Shown here in pieces: positions 28,584 through 39,069 of a DNA stretch of 64,000 nucleotides; positions within the stretch are counted from its first letter, which is position 1; each line of letters starts with the position of its first letter. The position numbers were made by a program, and so were the translations under genes. Source of the DNA: a virus (Duplodnaviria > Caudoviricetes); IMG/VR virus record IMGVR_UViG_2841440409_000001, positions 903 through 64,902 of that record; one strand, written 5' to 3'. Below the pieces are notes generated by a model. That model worked only from the letters and a program-made list of their open reading frames with translations, did no database searches and was not told the origin of the DNA.

Positions 28584-29165
28584 CTAAGAGGAAACCGCCG
28601 TCCGCATCGCGACGAGGGCGGCGCGCATGGCCGCGACATCGGCCCGTAGCAGATTATGCTCGGCGGCTGTGGGCGCTGCCATGACGTCGCTTGAGGTGAG
28701 GTCGGGAATGGCGACCGCGCCGGCGGCCGACTGCAGCGAGGCGAGATCCTGCGCGACGGCCGCGCCGCTCTGGTCGAGCGCGTCGATGGCCGATTGCGCA
28801 AGCGCGATCGCCTGCTGCACCGACGTTAACGTCTCCTGAAGGCCGCCGAGCTGCTCCTGCGCCGCCGCCAGGCCCTGCTGGGTGGTTTCCAGCTCGCCTT
28901 TCGTTTCGTCGAGGCTGGCGCTGATCGTGTCGAGATTGTCGGACAGCTGCTCGAGCGTGGCGACGGCATCGGCCAGATCCTTCTGCACGTCAGCCGTGCC
29001 CTTGCGCAGATTGGCGATGAACTCGCGCAAATCCTGCGCGTCGCCTTCGCGCATAGCCGCCTTGCGCCGATCGCCGCGCTCGCCGTTGAGAATGCCGACC
29101 TTCTCGTTAAGGAGGCGGAACGCCTGATTGTTCTCGACCGACGAGTTTGCGCCGCGCGGCGTCAT
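28584..29165 (-). CDS. Coiled-coil tail-associated protein
   Basis: ILNGERGD motif, heptad pattern; ATGA overlap. Confidence 0.65.
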   Translation of the reverse strand: MTPRGANSSVENNQAFRLLNEKVGILNGERGDRRKAAMREGDAQDLREFIANLRKGTADVQKDLADAVATLEQLSDNLDTISASLDETKGELETTQQGLAAAQEQLGGLQETLTSVQQAIALAQSAIDALDQSGAAVAQDLASLQSAAGAVAIPDLTSSDVMAAPTAAEHNLLRADVAAMRAALVAMRTAVSS

Positions 29166-30736
29166 GCCGACAGCTCCGTGGGCGAGAATGCGAGGGCGAT
29201 GGCGGTGACCTTCGCATTGCTCTCGACCTCTATCTCCCAGTTGCGCGCGAGGAAGCCGGACGGCAGGCGCGCGACCTGGTTGACGGTCTGCACGCTGGCG
29301 ACCTGACGGCCGTCGGCGATGATGCGGGCGGTGAAGCTGAGCGTGGTTGCGCCCGCTATCTGCTCCACGTCTGCGAGGAAGCAGGAGAAGTTCACATGGC
29401 CCGCCAGCGCGAAAATCTTCGAGCGCCAGGTGCACATGTCGGGCGCGGCGGTGAGCGCGTCCCATTCGAGGATCTCGAGGCCCTCGGCGTAGAAGAGGCG
29501 GCTGGTTTCGATGTCATAATACATCGCGGTTGCGTGGGCGTCGGCGTGCGTGATGAACGGCTGCTCGCCGCTGAGGTCGATGACGAGCGTCGCGGGTGGT
29601 CCCGAGATCGGCGTGTAGGACGTCACATAGCGTCCGGAATGGACGCTGGCGACGAAGGAGGCGGGCTTCAGCCGCTGCCACTGGTCGCGCGTGATGAGGT
29701 TGCGCGACACCAGCTGCGCGCCCGACGTGTTGATGACGACGAGCCCTTCGGGCGAGGGATAGGCGATGGAATAGCCCAGATCGACGATGCCGCGCGCTGA
29801 GACGCAGGGGAGATTCACCTCCAGCTTCTCCATGGACATGGTGTCGGGCGCGGTGCCGGCGACGATATAGGGCTGGCCGCGCGTCATGACGGCGACGGCC
29901 GAGCCGAACACGCCGAGGCCCACAATCTCATAATCCATGGTCAGGATATATTTCTCGGGCCAAGCGTGGGGGCGGTACGGCTCGCAGAAATAGAGCTTCT
30001 TGCCGACGAACGCGGCCATCATGCCATTTGGCATCGGCACGAGGCCGGAGAGGTTGGCGGGCGGCGCATTATAGTCGAGGGAGGGAAGCTGCTCCTGGAT
30101 GTCGTTCTCGCCAGCAAGATCCGTGAAACCGGACGCGGATACGGCGCGCTCCTTGATGAGATAGAGGAGCGTTTCGCCGAGCGCGCTGGTCTGCGAGCGA
30201 TAGATGCGCATGCGGTCGATCGGCCGGCCGGCGGGCGGCAGCGCGAAGCCGGACAGCACGACATTCAGTCCCTCGCTCCAGAGCAGGGCATTGCTGAGCG
30301 GGGCAGGCTCCGATTCCTCGTCGAGCGTCGTCACCCATGTATAGGTGTAGAGGATGGTGGAGCTGAGCTCGGGATCAGGCGTGCCAGTCTGGATCGAGGC
30401 GACGAGCGCTCGTGAGGGCGCGGGCACCGCGAGCGGGTAGGTGACGCCAGCCGCGATGACCTTGGGCGCGCCGTTGCCTGTCACATAGAGGCGATCCTCG
30501 GCGATCGGCGCGGGCACGACGGACACGACGGCCGACCAGGTCAACCAGTCGTCACCGTCGAGGAAGATGGTAAGCGCGGTGGACGACAGCGCTTTCGCGA
30601 GCGTGGGGACGCGCAGCGGCGTGATCGAGCCATCCTCTAGCTTGACCGTGCGCGCAACCTGCGCCGCACTGTTGGCGAGGAGGCGCGCCTCGACGCGAGG
30701 TATTTCGCCGCCGAAGCCCGTGATGCTGATCGCCAT
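29162..30736 (-). CDS. Podovirus tail tube/nozzle (stabilisation) protein
   Basis: FGGEIPR N-terminus, EESEPAP, PHAWP; position in tail block. Confidence 0.7.
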   Translation of the reverse strand: MAISITGFGGEIPRVEARLLANSAAQVARTVKLEDGSITPLRVPTLAKALSSTALTIFLDGDDWLTWSAVVSVVPAPIAEDRLYVTGNGAPKVIAAGVTYPLAVPAPSRALVASIQTGTPDPELSSTILYTYTWVTTLDEESEPAPLSNALLWSEGLNVVLSGFALPPAGRPIDRMRIYRSQTSALGETLLYLIKERAVSASGFTDLAGENDIQEQLPSLDYNAPPANLSGLVPMPNGMMAAFVGKKLYFCEPYRPHAWPEKYILTMDYEIVGLGVFGSAVAVMTRGQPYIVAGTAPDTMSMEKLEVNLPCVSARGIVDLGYSIAYPSPEGLVVINTSGAQLVSRNLITRDQWQRLKPASFVASVHSGRYVTSYTPISGPPATLVIDLSGEQPFITHADAHATAMYYDIETSRLFYAEGLEILEWDALTAAPDMCTWRSKIFALAGHVNFSCFLADVEQIAGATTLSFTARIIADGRQVASVQTVNQVARLPSGFLARNWEIEVESNAKVTAIALAFSPTELSA

Positions 30737-30783
30737 TATTCCCTCTTGCTCTCAGTCTGTTCAGCGCGGTTGCGGTTGCCGGC

Positions 30784-30822
30784 GATCCCGGCGCCAGCCC
30801 TAGTGCGGGAGGCGCCGGGATC
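30784..30822 (-). terminator. Intergenic 12-bp inverted repeat (hairpin)
   Basis: GATCCCGGCGCC ... GGCGCCGGGATC. Confidence 0.4.
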
Positions 30823-30828
30823 ATTGGG

Positions 30829-31785
30829 TTAGGCAAAATCGCCCCGCGCCTGCACCGTCGCGTAATCGGCATCCAGGACGGCAAGCGGGTCGCGGCCCGA
30901 TCGCGCGAGGTTTTCGATGAAACCGCGATACAGGCGAAACCCGTTGAACATGTCCCCGGCGTTTGAACTGAATGCGCCCGTGCGCCCCATGGCAAAGCTC
31001 TTGGCCGAGAAGTCCTGCGAGTTGTTGGGGCCAAGCGCCGCCGTGGCCGTTTTCGCGGGTAGCCCGCTGGTCAGGCTCCGCAAACGCAGTCCTTGCCCTG
31101 CCGCATTACGCCACGCGGCGATTTGGCAGATGGTGCCAAAATCACCGTCATCCGCCTTTACAGTCATGGATGTTTCGACGGTGCCTGCGCCGGTCTGTCG
31201 GCGGACCTGCAACCGGCCTACGTTGACCGCGCCAAGCTGAAAACCGAGGTTAATCATCGACGGGGCAGCATTGTAAGCGTCGTCCGAGGCGATGGTGATA
31301 AGGCCCGCCTGCGTGTTGTCCATGTTGGCCTTAGAGGCCAACTTTACATACATACAGAGCAGGTAATGCTGCGAAGCACCGCCATAGGCTGCGAAGATGT
31401 CAGCGAGCACTGACGCAGGAATAATTACCCCTTTAGCGCTGGCGGTGGTTCCAGCGCCACCAGTCAGAGGATTTTCGGTCCCGGTGTAATCGAACCCGCC
31501 ACCGGCATAGGTCACAAGCGCACCACCTGACGCGGCAATCTGGTCAAGCCGCCCGTTAGCGTGCTCGGTCATGTCATAGATGATTGCACCGTTGCTCGGA
31601 TTGCCTGCGGCCGGACGCGTGGCCGGATCGCCGCCGGGATAGCTCCACGGGAAAGCCAGATCGAACATAAAACGCACACCGTCATTGGGCACGTCCTTGA
31701 GCGTTGCGTCGCGCCAACGCTTGGGGCGGGTGACATCCTCGGCAACGCCGGTAGCCTTGAGGTTGGGAACGCCAATAGCTGCCAT
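30829..31785 (-). CDS. Tail/receptor-binding-associated beta-rich protein
   Basis: 318 aa in tail block; more A/T third positions than neighbours. Confidence 0.65.
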   Translation of the reverse strand: MAAIGVPNLKATGVAEDVTRPKRWRDATLKDVPNDGVRFMFDLAFPWSYPGGDPATRPAAGNPSNGAIIYDMTEHANGRLDQIAASGGALVTYAGGGFDYTGTENPLTGGAGTTASAKGVIIPASVLADIFAAYGGASQHYLLCMYVKLASKANMDNTQAGLITIASDDAYNAAPSMINLGFQLGAVNVGRLQVRRQTGAGTVETSMTVKADDGDFGTICQIAAWRNAAGQGLRLRSLTSGLPAKTATAALGPNNSQDFSAKSFAMGRTGAFSSNAGDMFNGFRLYRGFIENLARSGRDPLAVLDADYATVQARGDFA

Positions 31786-31790
31786 TTTTC

Positions 31791-32039
31791 TTACTCCATG
31801 TCTTCGAGGGGTTCCCAGACACAGAAGGTCTGGCTGTCGGGGTCGCGATCGTCGCGGAAGGGGACGTCAGCGATCTGGAACGGGTCCACGCCTTCGCTCT
31901 TGGGAAAGACCACAAGGTCTACGAGGCCGCTGGCTTTGACGCCCAGCACCATCGCAAGGGCGGTGTAGTCCTTATCGGGGGCGGTCACCGGGTTTTGCAG
32001 AACCCGGTAGCGCACCCGGTCATTCTCGGCCGGAATCAT
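31791..32039 (-). CDS. Small hypothetical protein
   Basis: ATGA overlap with upstream gene. Confidence 0.6.
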   Translation of the reverse strand: MIPAENDRVRYRVLQNPVTAPDKDYTALAMVLGVKASGLVDLVVFPKSEGVDPFQIADVPFRDDRDPDSQTFCVWEPLEDME

Positions 32040-34234
32040 GCTGCTTTCCTCATCGGTGGGTAGAAGCTCTCGATACGACGCTGGGCCATCGCCCATCCCC
32101 CGAGGCCGGTGGTCGGGTGGATCCTGTCGCTGTGGTAGAACCTGAGATTGGGGTTGGGATTGGTGTCGCCGTACTCAGCCGGATTGGCGCCATCGCCGAA
32201 GCTGTCCTGATCGCTATCGACCGCGATCCTCAGCGTAAGGGCGCGTTTGCGCAGTTCACGCTCGTAGTCGGCGATCGCGATGACGTTGGTGTCGCGCTGG
32301 TTCTCGGCCGGTGTGTCGCAGGCTATATCGACGCCGGGCAGCGCGGTACGAATGCCGCCCACCAGTGTCGTGATTTGGTCGCCCCAGGTCGTGGCGGCGA
32401 TGTTAGCGCCCTGCGAGTTGGTGCCGTCCATGTAGAGAACGCCGGTGATGTCGCACATCTGCAGCGACAGGCGGAAATTGGCGGTGCTGGCGACGGCTGC
32501 GTACTGGCCCACGCGCGAGCCGGTGGCGGCCAGCTTGTTGAAGACATAGCCGGATGCGGCGCGGCAGAACGTCCCCCAGATCGCGCAGGACCCCGACACC
32601 CATTCGATGCGGATAGTGCCGGCGCTCGCAGGCAACAGGGCGGCGATGTCGATGTACTGGAACACGCCCGGATTGGTCGACAGATCGAGGGCGGTCCACG
32701 TCGTGCCGCCGTCACGCGTGATCCGCGCCGCTGCCCCGGCCGCAGCGATGTAGCCGAGGCGGGCGACGGTGTTGGGATGATTGGCGGGGAAATCCTGCTC
32801 AATCGCGTCGCCTGCCTGCGTAAGCGTGGCCATCGACAGGTCGGCAGTCTGCGCGCTGTAGTACGTGCCGACGACGTTACCGTAGTGGCGCACCGCGTAT
32901 GCCGCGCGGACATTGCCCTGTTTGAAGTTCGGCTGATTGCCGACCACCCATGGCGCGGTGTTGCTGGAGGTGAGGAAACCGAAGCCGGTAAAACCGGCGC
33001 CGCCATCGCCGAAGCGCGCGAAACCTTCATTGGCGAACTTGGCGCACCAGCGGTCGGGATTGTGGGTGTAGCTGTCGCCCATGCCCGCGAGGCTGACGAG
33101 CGGAAGGAGGCCGGTGGAGTTGAGCGCCGTGCCGGCCTGCAGCATCGCCAGCATTGCCTTGGTCTGGCGCATCAGGCGCGGGCGGTAGGCACCGATTGCG
33201 GGGGCGCCGTCGGGTGTCGTGATTGCCGACACGCGCGAGGTCAGGGCGGCAACCGCCGACGTGTTGGTCGCGACCGCCAGAGCGAGCGCGGGATCGGTGG
33301 TGTAGATCGCCTGTATGACACGATCGCCAGCGTCCGTAACTATGAGGGAGATCGACGTATCGAGCGTTTCAAAGCCGGTGAGAGCGGAGCCTGTCGCCTG
33401 CAAGTTGGCGATTGCTGCTGAGTGGGCCTGCACCGTCGCGTAGTCAGCAAGCTGGCCGACCACGCGCAGACCGGCGTCGAGCATCCACAAGACCGCGCTA
33501 GCGTCCAGGGTCTCGAAGATATCCGAGGTGGTAGCGGTCTCCTGCAAGTCCACCGTGATCGGATCGGGCAGCATGAACATGATGCGCCCGCCCTCATCGG
33601 TCACAAACAGCACTGCCGATGTATCGAGCGTCTCGAACGTAGAAACATCGATGCCGGCAAGGTGCGCGCGCTCCCCCACCGTCATGCTGACATTGGCGGT
33701 GCCGTCGGCTATCTGATCTGCACTAACTTCTTGCCTCTGGATCGCAGTGTATCCCGGCGCGCCAGCAATCCGTCGATAGACCCACTGCGTTCCACCGTCT
33801 CCAGCGTTCGGCGCCAGAAAATAGGTGTCGACCGGAAGGTCTGCGCCATCGGCTGGCGTTGGACGATAGGAAGACGACGAAAGCGCGCCCGATAGGGCGG
33901 TCTCAACGTCATCCTGGCGCGCCTCTACAGCAGCAACGGCCGCCTGGTTCTGCGCGGCGGAAGCGTTGATCTGCGCTTGCGTGCCCGGTGCGGCGGCATC
34001 GCCCTGGTCCTGATAGTAGGGTGCAACGTCGATGCGCAGGAAAAGACGCTTCTTGCCCACATTGGGATCGCCAAGCGGCGCGATCGCATAGAAGAGTTTG
34101 CCCACCGCGACTTCCGCGACGGCCGTCGCCATGCTCATGAACATCGGCGCGCTGCCGTCTTCGAACAGAGGCGCAGCCTGCTCCACCATGAGCTGGATAG
34201 TACGGCGATTGGCAGTGGTGTAGCCGACCGGCAT
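32036..34234 (-). CDS. Tailspike/fibre with SGNH/GDSL hydrolase-like domain
   Basis: GDSY, GTN and DRIHP blocks; three internal FETLD repeats. Confidence 0.75.
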   Translation of the reverse strand: MPVGYTTANRRTIQLMVEQAAPLFEDGSAPMFMSMATAVAEVAVGKLFYAIAPLGDPNVGKKRLFLRIDVAPYYQDQGDAAAPGTQAQINASAAQNQAAVAAVEARQDDVETALSGALSSSSYRPTPADGADLPVDTYFLAPNAGDGGTQWVYRRIAGAPGYTAIQRQEVSADQIADGTANVSMTVGERAHLAGIDVSTFETLDTSAVLFVTDEGGRIMFMLPDPITVDLQETATTSDIFETLDASAVLWMLDAGLRVVGQLADYATVQAHSAAIANLQATGSALTGFETLDTSISLIVTDAGDRVIQAIYTTDPALALAVATNTSAVAALTSRVSAITTPDGAPAIGAYRPRLMRQTKAMLAMLQAGTALNSTGLLPLVSLAGMGDSYTHNPDRWCAKFANEGFARFGDGGAGFTGFGFLTSSNTAPWVVGNQPNFKQGNVRAAYAVRHYGNVVGTYYSAQTADLSMATLTQAGDAIEQDFPANHPNTVARLGYIAAAGAAARITRDGGTTWTALDLSTNPGVFQYIDIAALLPASAGTIRIEWVSGSCAIWGTFCRAASGYVFNKLAATGSRVGQYAAVASTANFRLSLQMCDITGVLYMDGTNSQGANIAATTWGDQITTLVGGIRTALPGVDIACDTPAENQRDTNVIAIADYERELRKRALTLRIAVDSDQDSFGDGANPAEYGDTNPNPNLRFYHSDRIHPTTGLGGWAMAQRRIESFYPPMRKAA

Positions 34235-34246
34235 TGTCGTTCTCCG

Positions 34247-36967
34247 TTAAGGTGTGGGCGTGTCGGTCTGGTCGCCGACGGCAATGCCATCGTCGTCAGA
34301 TGTCGGCCGAGTGGATTTGACGCGGATGACCTGATCTTCCGACATCCAGAGCCAGCCAATGGTCGCGCCGGCCGCAATGGGCCGGATCGCGATCGGGTTC
34401 TGCCAGCCCGAGTTGGTGACGAGATGCCCGTCGTTCGAAACGATGATGGGCGTCCCGACGGCGACACCGTCGTCATACATGTTGATCTGGAAGTCACCGG
34501 CCGCGACCTGATGCAGCTGCACCTCGAGACCACCGGCATCCATGAAGTTGATCTTGCGTGCGGTACCGTCGGGCGATTTCAGATTGACGTTGAGATCGCC
34601 GTCGGTGCTCCGGAAGGTGATATCGCCTTCCGTCTCGAACCCGGCCGTCGGACTGAAGGGAATGTTCGGCTCGAGGCGGCGGTCCGCCTGGTCGATGAGG
34701 CCCATGTCGATGGCGTTGCCGCCGACATTCTCCCACTTGGCCGTGAGCATGCCCGTCGTCGATCCGGAAACGCGGGCGGGGAAATCGACGCTGGTATTGA
34801 TGTAAACCGCGTGCGTCATCTGACGCGCGGCGCCTGCACGGCTTTCCACCGCCTGGACATCGATGGAGAGCGGTCCACGCTGCCCGAAGACGGTGACAGC
34901 CGAGGAATTCTCGGGATGGTCCGCTGTGATCGTTCCCACATTCTCGATGTCCGCGACGACGCGCCCGCCGCACGCCTCCAGACGAATGCCGGCGTCGCGT
35001 CCGCCCGTGATCTGCGCCGACACATTGGCCTTGCGGAAGCCGCTGAACAGCATAGTTGGCGCGGCCATGTCGTGGTTGACGATCGCGTTGGCGACCGACA
35101 CCTGATCGAATCCGGTGATATCAAGGCCGCCCTCTGCCGGCGTGACGCGGATCGCTTCAGCGGCGCGCGGCCACTGCTTGCTGATATCCTCATAGGTGGA
35201 TTCAAGGATTGGGCTGTCGATGACGATACGATCGGTGCCGGTGCAGACGATGTTGGACTGCCACAGCTTGGGGTGAATGACCGAGACGCGGCCGCGCTGG
35301 CGCTGGAACTTGTCATCGGCCGGACGCGTGTACCAGTTGCCCGACAGCACGAAGCCGCGGCGGAAGTGCACGCGCGCGGCTAGCGCGGCCTCGCTGTCCG
35401 TGTCGTAGCCTGGAGGCGCATTGCCCGACCAGTTCGTCGTCGCGATCACGGTCGACAGGCCATCACGGCCGTCGAAGATGTCGTTGATCGAGACGATGTC
35501 GAAGAATTCCTCGTCTTCGCCATGCACCTCGATGTTTGGCCCGAGCGCCGTCCAGCCGCCGTCGCCGTGATAGAAATTCCGCTCCGAGTAGAAGCGGTTC
35601 ATCGCGATCTGCGCGCCGCCCTGCATATTATTGTAGATGTCGCAGCCGATCATGGACCAGTCGTTGGACGTCTTGCCGAAGTCGAGCGCTCCCCAGCCGA
35701 ACACGGCATGGCCCCACCAGCCGTGAATAGCGCATTCATAGACCTGAAGGCCGTGGACGGCGCCGCCCGAGATCGCGTGGCCCTGGATCCACATATTGCC
35801 GTCGGACGTGCCGGCGACATAAGCGGAATAGGTCTGGTTCGCCTCATTTCCGTCGATGTCGAGCCACCTAAACCCGACCTTCGATACCTTGTCGTCGGGA
35901 AGCTCTTCCCAGAAGGGCACGTAGAACAGGCCGCCCGGATTATGGTCGCCAGGCGCAGCGAGGAACTTCGCCTTTGACGTGCGCGAATTGCCGCGCAGCT
36001 CGACGCCCGACACGAGCGGGATGCGGCCACGACGGAAGGCAAAGGGCGCGTCGGCTAGCCCCTTCTCCTTGAGGATCAGATAGCCATAGGTCTCGTAATC
36101 GCCGCCGCAGACATAGGTGCGATCATCGCCGCCGCAGTTGATCACGCCGACGCCCCAGGACGCGGCATCCTCCATGACGTTCTTGATCGCGTCGGTCGTG
36201 GCGACCATATCCGCCGGATCAGTCGATCCGTTGCGGCTGGCCTCCTCCCAGAGGTTGATGCCGTTGTTGCGCAGATAGGCCCGCGTCGTGAACACGGCCA
36301 CCTTGACGCCAACGCCGCCGATCTTCTGCGCCGCGAAGAATTCGCCGTCTGGCGTGCAGACATAGAATCCTTCGCCCTCGTCGACGTCGGCCGCCCCGGC
36401 CGCGAGGCTTTCGTACCAGCCGCCGGCCGGGCCGCCGGTCGCCGCCAGGCGCTGGAACAGCGCGTTGGGATCATCGGCATCGATGAGACCGGCGTCGAAC
36501 ATCTGCGTAGTGGCGGAAAGGCCGTCGTCGCCCGCATCGCCTTTTTGATCGGCGAGCCACTGCTCGGCGGTGCCGGTATAGCCTTGCAGCTTGGCGAGCT
36601 CATATGCGGACAGGCCGTCCGGACCGTTAGCGACGGTGACCGAGGTGACGACGGCGTCGTCCTGGTCGATGACGCGAATGACCGCATTGAGTAGCGACGT
36701 GCCCAGGATCGCATCGGGCGCGGGGAAGAGACGGATGCGGAAGGTGCGCACCGACGTGTCGCCAGGCGCGCGGCCATACACCAGCACCTGCACCGTCTTT
36801 TCCGTTTCACCCGGGAGAAAGGTCTCGTCGCCGGCTGCCTCGGCATAGTCCCGGCCCGGTACCGCGGTGACCGCTTCCGTTGCCCACTGGACGGTGACCG
36901 CTTCCTCCGGGCTCTGCGAGAGCCGGATCAGGAAGGTAGCGTAAGAGGAGCCTTCAAGGATGGGCAT
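34247..36967 (-). CDS. Tailspike with N-terminal Calx-beta domain and probable pectin-lyase-like beta-helix
   Basis: TA..GRDY...FLPGETEKTV Calx-beta pattern; DATDAI-like entry and G/N-rich beta repeats. Confidence 0.72.
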   Translation of the reverse strand: MPILEGSSYATFLIRLSQSPEEAVTVQWATEAVTAVPGRDYAEAAGDETFLPGETEKTVQVLVYGRAPGDTSVRTFRIRLFPAPDAILGTSLLNAVIRVIDQDDAVVTSVTVANGPDGLSAYELAKLQGYTGTAEQWLADQKGDAGDDGLSATTQMFDAGLIDADDPNALFQRLAATGGPAGGWYESLAAGAADVDEGEGFYVCTPDGEFFAAQKIGGVGVKVAVFTTRAYLRNNGINLWEEASRNGSTDPADMVATTDAIKNVMEDAASWGVGVINCGGDDRTYVCGGDYETYGYLILKEKGLADAPFAFRRGRIPLVSGVELRGNSRTSKAKFLAAPGDHNPGGLFYVPFWEELPDDKVSKVGFRWLDIDGNEANQTYSAYVAGTSDGNMWIQGHAISGGAVHGLQVYECAIHGWWGHAVFGWGALDFGKTSNDWSMIGCDIYNNMQGGAQIAMNRFYSERNFYHGDGGWTALGPNIEVHGEDEEFFDIVSINDIFDGRDGLSTVIATTNWSGNAPPGYDTDSEAALAARVHFRRGFVLSGNWYTRPADDKFQRQRGRVSVIHPKLWQSNIVCTGTDRIVIDSPILESTYEDISKQWPRAAEAIRVTPAEGGLDITGFDQVSVANAIVNHDMAAPTMLFSGFRKANVSAQITGGRDAGIRLEACGGRVVADIENVGTITADHPENSSAVTVFGQRGPLSIDVQAVESRAGAARQMTHAVYINTSVDFPARVSGSTTGMLTAKWENVGGNAIDMGLIDQADRRLEPNIPFSPTAGFETEGDITFRSTDGDLNVNLKSPDGTARKINFMDAGGLEVQLHQVAAGDFQINMYDDGVAVGTPIIVSNDGHLVTNSGWQNPIAIRPIAAGATIGWLWMSEDQVIRVKSTRPTSDDDGIAVGDQTDTPTP

Positions 36968-36987
36968 ATGTGCAGCCTTTGAGAAAG

Positions 36988-37020
36988 ACCGCACTCATGC
37001 GCGATGGACGGGGCATTATA
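36988..37020 (-). promoter_or_regulatory. Late-block -10 element plus leader hairpin, copy 4
   Basis: GC-TATAAT, 12 nt, GCGCATGAGTGC within ATC...GGT stem. Confidence 0.7.
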
Positions 37021-37022
37021 GC

Positions 37023-37667
37023 CTAAGTCGCGCGTCCTGAAAGGGGTAAGGTGGCCGCGACATTGCCGTCGATCACGAGCGTTGCGTTCCGGTTGCCGAC
37101 TATCGTCGGCGCGAACCGGACCTGGAGCGTGAAGCTTTCGCCGGGTGCGAGCCTGCCGCTCGTATCGCTGGTGAAGGTGAAGGGTGCGCCGATCGTGATG
37201 GACTGGATCGAGGCCTGCTCTGCGCCGACATTCGTGACCTCGACGGCGATCGGCGCGGACGTCGCGCCAACGGCTGTTGCGGGGAAGCTGACGCTGGAAG
37301 GGGCGAACGCATATTGCGCGATGACGCCGGCGCCGACGCTGTCGGCGAGCTGCTCGGCGCTGATCTCGACGATCTCGACCGGCGCAGCATCGCCATGCGT
37401 GACGATGGCAAAGCGAATGAGCCAGCGACGCTTGCCGCTCGTCGTGACGGTCGTGGCGACGACATAGCGCACCTCGTCCTGACCGCCCGAGAGCCAGACG
37501 ATGACGGCGTCCGCGCCATATTCCATGCGCACGATGCCCATGGCGGGATCGGTGACCGGGGAGATGGTGGCCACCGCGCCGGTAACGGTCTCGCCTTCGA
37601 GCAGATAGCGGCGCATGTCGATGGTGTAGGAATAGGCGCGGTCCGCGTCCTTTTCGTACAGTTCCAT
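37023..37667 (-). CDS. Fibre-adaptor-like protein with C-terminal Ig-like (ASH-type) domain; start uncertain
   Basis: KD....YTID..WLSGG adaptor pattern; TNVG...LAPGESFTLQVRFAPT. Confidence 0.6.
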   Translation of the reverse strand: MELYEKDADRAYSYTIDMRRYLLEGETVTGAVATISPVTDPAMGIVRMEYGADAVIVWLSGGQDEVRYVVATTVTTSGKRRWLIRFAIVTHGDAAPVEIVEISAEQLADSVGAGVIAQYAFAPSSVSFPATAVGATSAPIAVEVTNVGAEQASIQSITIGAPFTFTSDTSGRLAPGESFTLQVRFAPTIVGNRNATLVIDGNVAATLPLSGRAT

Positions 37668-37755
37668 GGCACCGGGACCGCGATCGGAGACCTCACGGTC
37701 CGGCGCGTAGGGCAGGCGTGCATATTGGAGCGGGATCGCCGTAAACGGCGCGCTC

Positions 37756-38352
37756 TCAGAAATAGCGGGCTCGGGTTCGGACGGGGGCACGCTGCTGACC
37801 TCGCTTGCTGACGTTGAAGTTGCTGTCCTTCGCCTGGATGAAGCGCCCGCGCCGGTAGGCCGCGTTGGTAAGGTCGCTATAGGGCTGGCCGGGAATCTCG
37901 AGGATGGCGGCGAGCGCACCGTCCGCGATAATCTCGCCATACACATCGTACAGGAAGTCGGGCAGCTCGTCGGCATGCTGGGACGGCATGAGGAAGAGGG
38001 ATAGATGCAGCGCGCCGGCAGCGTGCGGGATCAATCGCACGCTGTTGAGCTCCGCCTGCGTGATCGCACGCGGCAGGCCGGCTTCGCTCGGCGATACGTC
38101 GGCATAGGCGATGCGCTCGAGCGGCATGCCGTTGAACTGCGCGGCCTCGATCTCGAACAGCATCGCGTCCTGCGGCACGCAAATGACCTCCGGAACGTCG
38201 TCGGTCGTGGTGAGCGTGTCGACGAGGCGCCAGCAACGCGTCGCCTTGCAGAAGTCGCGGGCAGCGGTCAGCACATGGCTTTCGGCCAACGGCTCGGGGC
38301 AGGCGGTGGCGTAGGGCAACACCCAGCGCAGGAAGTCGGCGAGCTGGCGCAT
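37756..38352 (-). CDS. Head-tail adaptor-type protein
   Basis: AARDFCKATRCW; TGATG coupling; position. Confidence 0.65.
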   Translation of the reverse strand: MRQLADFLRWVLPYATACPEPLAESHVLTAARDFCKATRCWRLVDTLTTTDDVPEVICVPQDAMLFEIEAAQFNGMPLERIAYADVSPSEAGLPRAITQAELNSVRLIPHAAGALHLSLFLMPSQHADELPDFLYDVYGEIIADGALAAILEIPGQPYSDLTNAAYRRGRFIQAKDSNFNVSKRGQQRAPVRTRARYF

Positions 38353-39065
38353 CAGTCAGCGCCCGTCCGAGGCGACTGGTTCGGGCTGGCAAGTGCCTCC
38401 TGGTTGAACTTGATGCCGATCGCGTTGGCGAATTGCTGATAGTGGAGCGCCGCGCGCTGCGCGTTGCCGGCATATTGCGCATCCTTGGCGAAGGCGCGGT
38501 AGCAGACATAATCGACCAGCGCGTTGGCGTAGATGCCCGCGAGCGTGAGCGCGACGGCATAGGCTTCGATATCGTCAGTGGCTTTGCCGCGCACCGGCTC
38601 TATTCGGGGCGGATCGATCGCGAGCACCGCCTCGATTTTGCCGGTACCGTCGTTGCCGGGGTAGACGTAGAAGGAGCGGGTGTCCTCCTCGTCGTAGACA
38701 TAGTGCTTGACCGTCCGGCTGTAGCGGACGTCGCGGCTGTCATGCCAATTGCGGTTCTGCGCGTCGAGGATGTCGCGCGAGCAGATGCGGATGACGGGGC
38801 CGCCATTGCGGGCACCGTTCGCGTCGATCGACTGGATGTTGCGGGTGACGCGGAGCAGCTGGATGGCACCCTCTGGCAACTGCTGGAGCGTGCCGGCCTG
38901 GAGGTCGAGCACGCGATTGTCGCTGGCGGCGCTGGGCTTCTGCAGCGCGATCTCACGCTGGCCGTCGTCAAGCCACAGGGCGAGCTCGATGAGCGGCCAG
39001 CGGACGCTGGTCTCGTCCTGGATCAGGCGGCGCGCACGATCCAGGACTTCCGAAGCCAGCGCCAT
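38352..39065 (-). CDS. Head-tail adaptor/tail tubular protein
   Basis: VRWP..EL..WLDDG, FYVYP, ALVDY..YRAF.KDA. Confidence 0.7.
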   Translation of the reverse strand: MALASEVLDRARRLIQDETSVRWPLIELALWLDDGQREIALQKPSAASDNRVLDLQAGTLQQLPEGAIQLLRVTRNIQSIDANGARNGGPVIRICSRDILDAQNRNWHDSRDVRYSRTVKHYVYDEEDTRSFYVYPGNDGTGKIEAVLAIDPPRIEPVRGKATDDIEAYAVALTLAGIYANALVDYVCYRAFAKDAQYAGNAQRAALHYQQFANAIGIKFNQEALASPNQSPRTGAD

Positions 39066-39069
39066 GAGG

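Noticed and set aside
30829-36967. Possible diversity-generating retroelement acting on tail genes
   Set aside because: No reverse transcriptase and no adenine-variable TR/VR repeat pair noticed.
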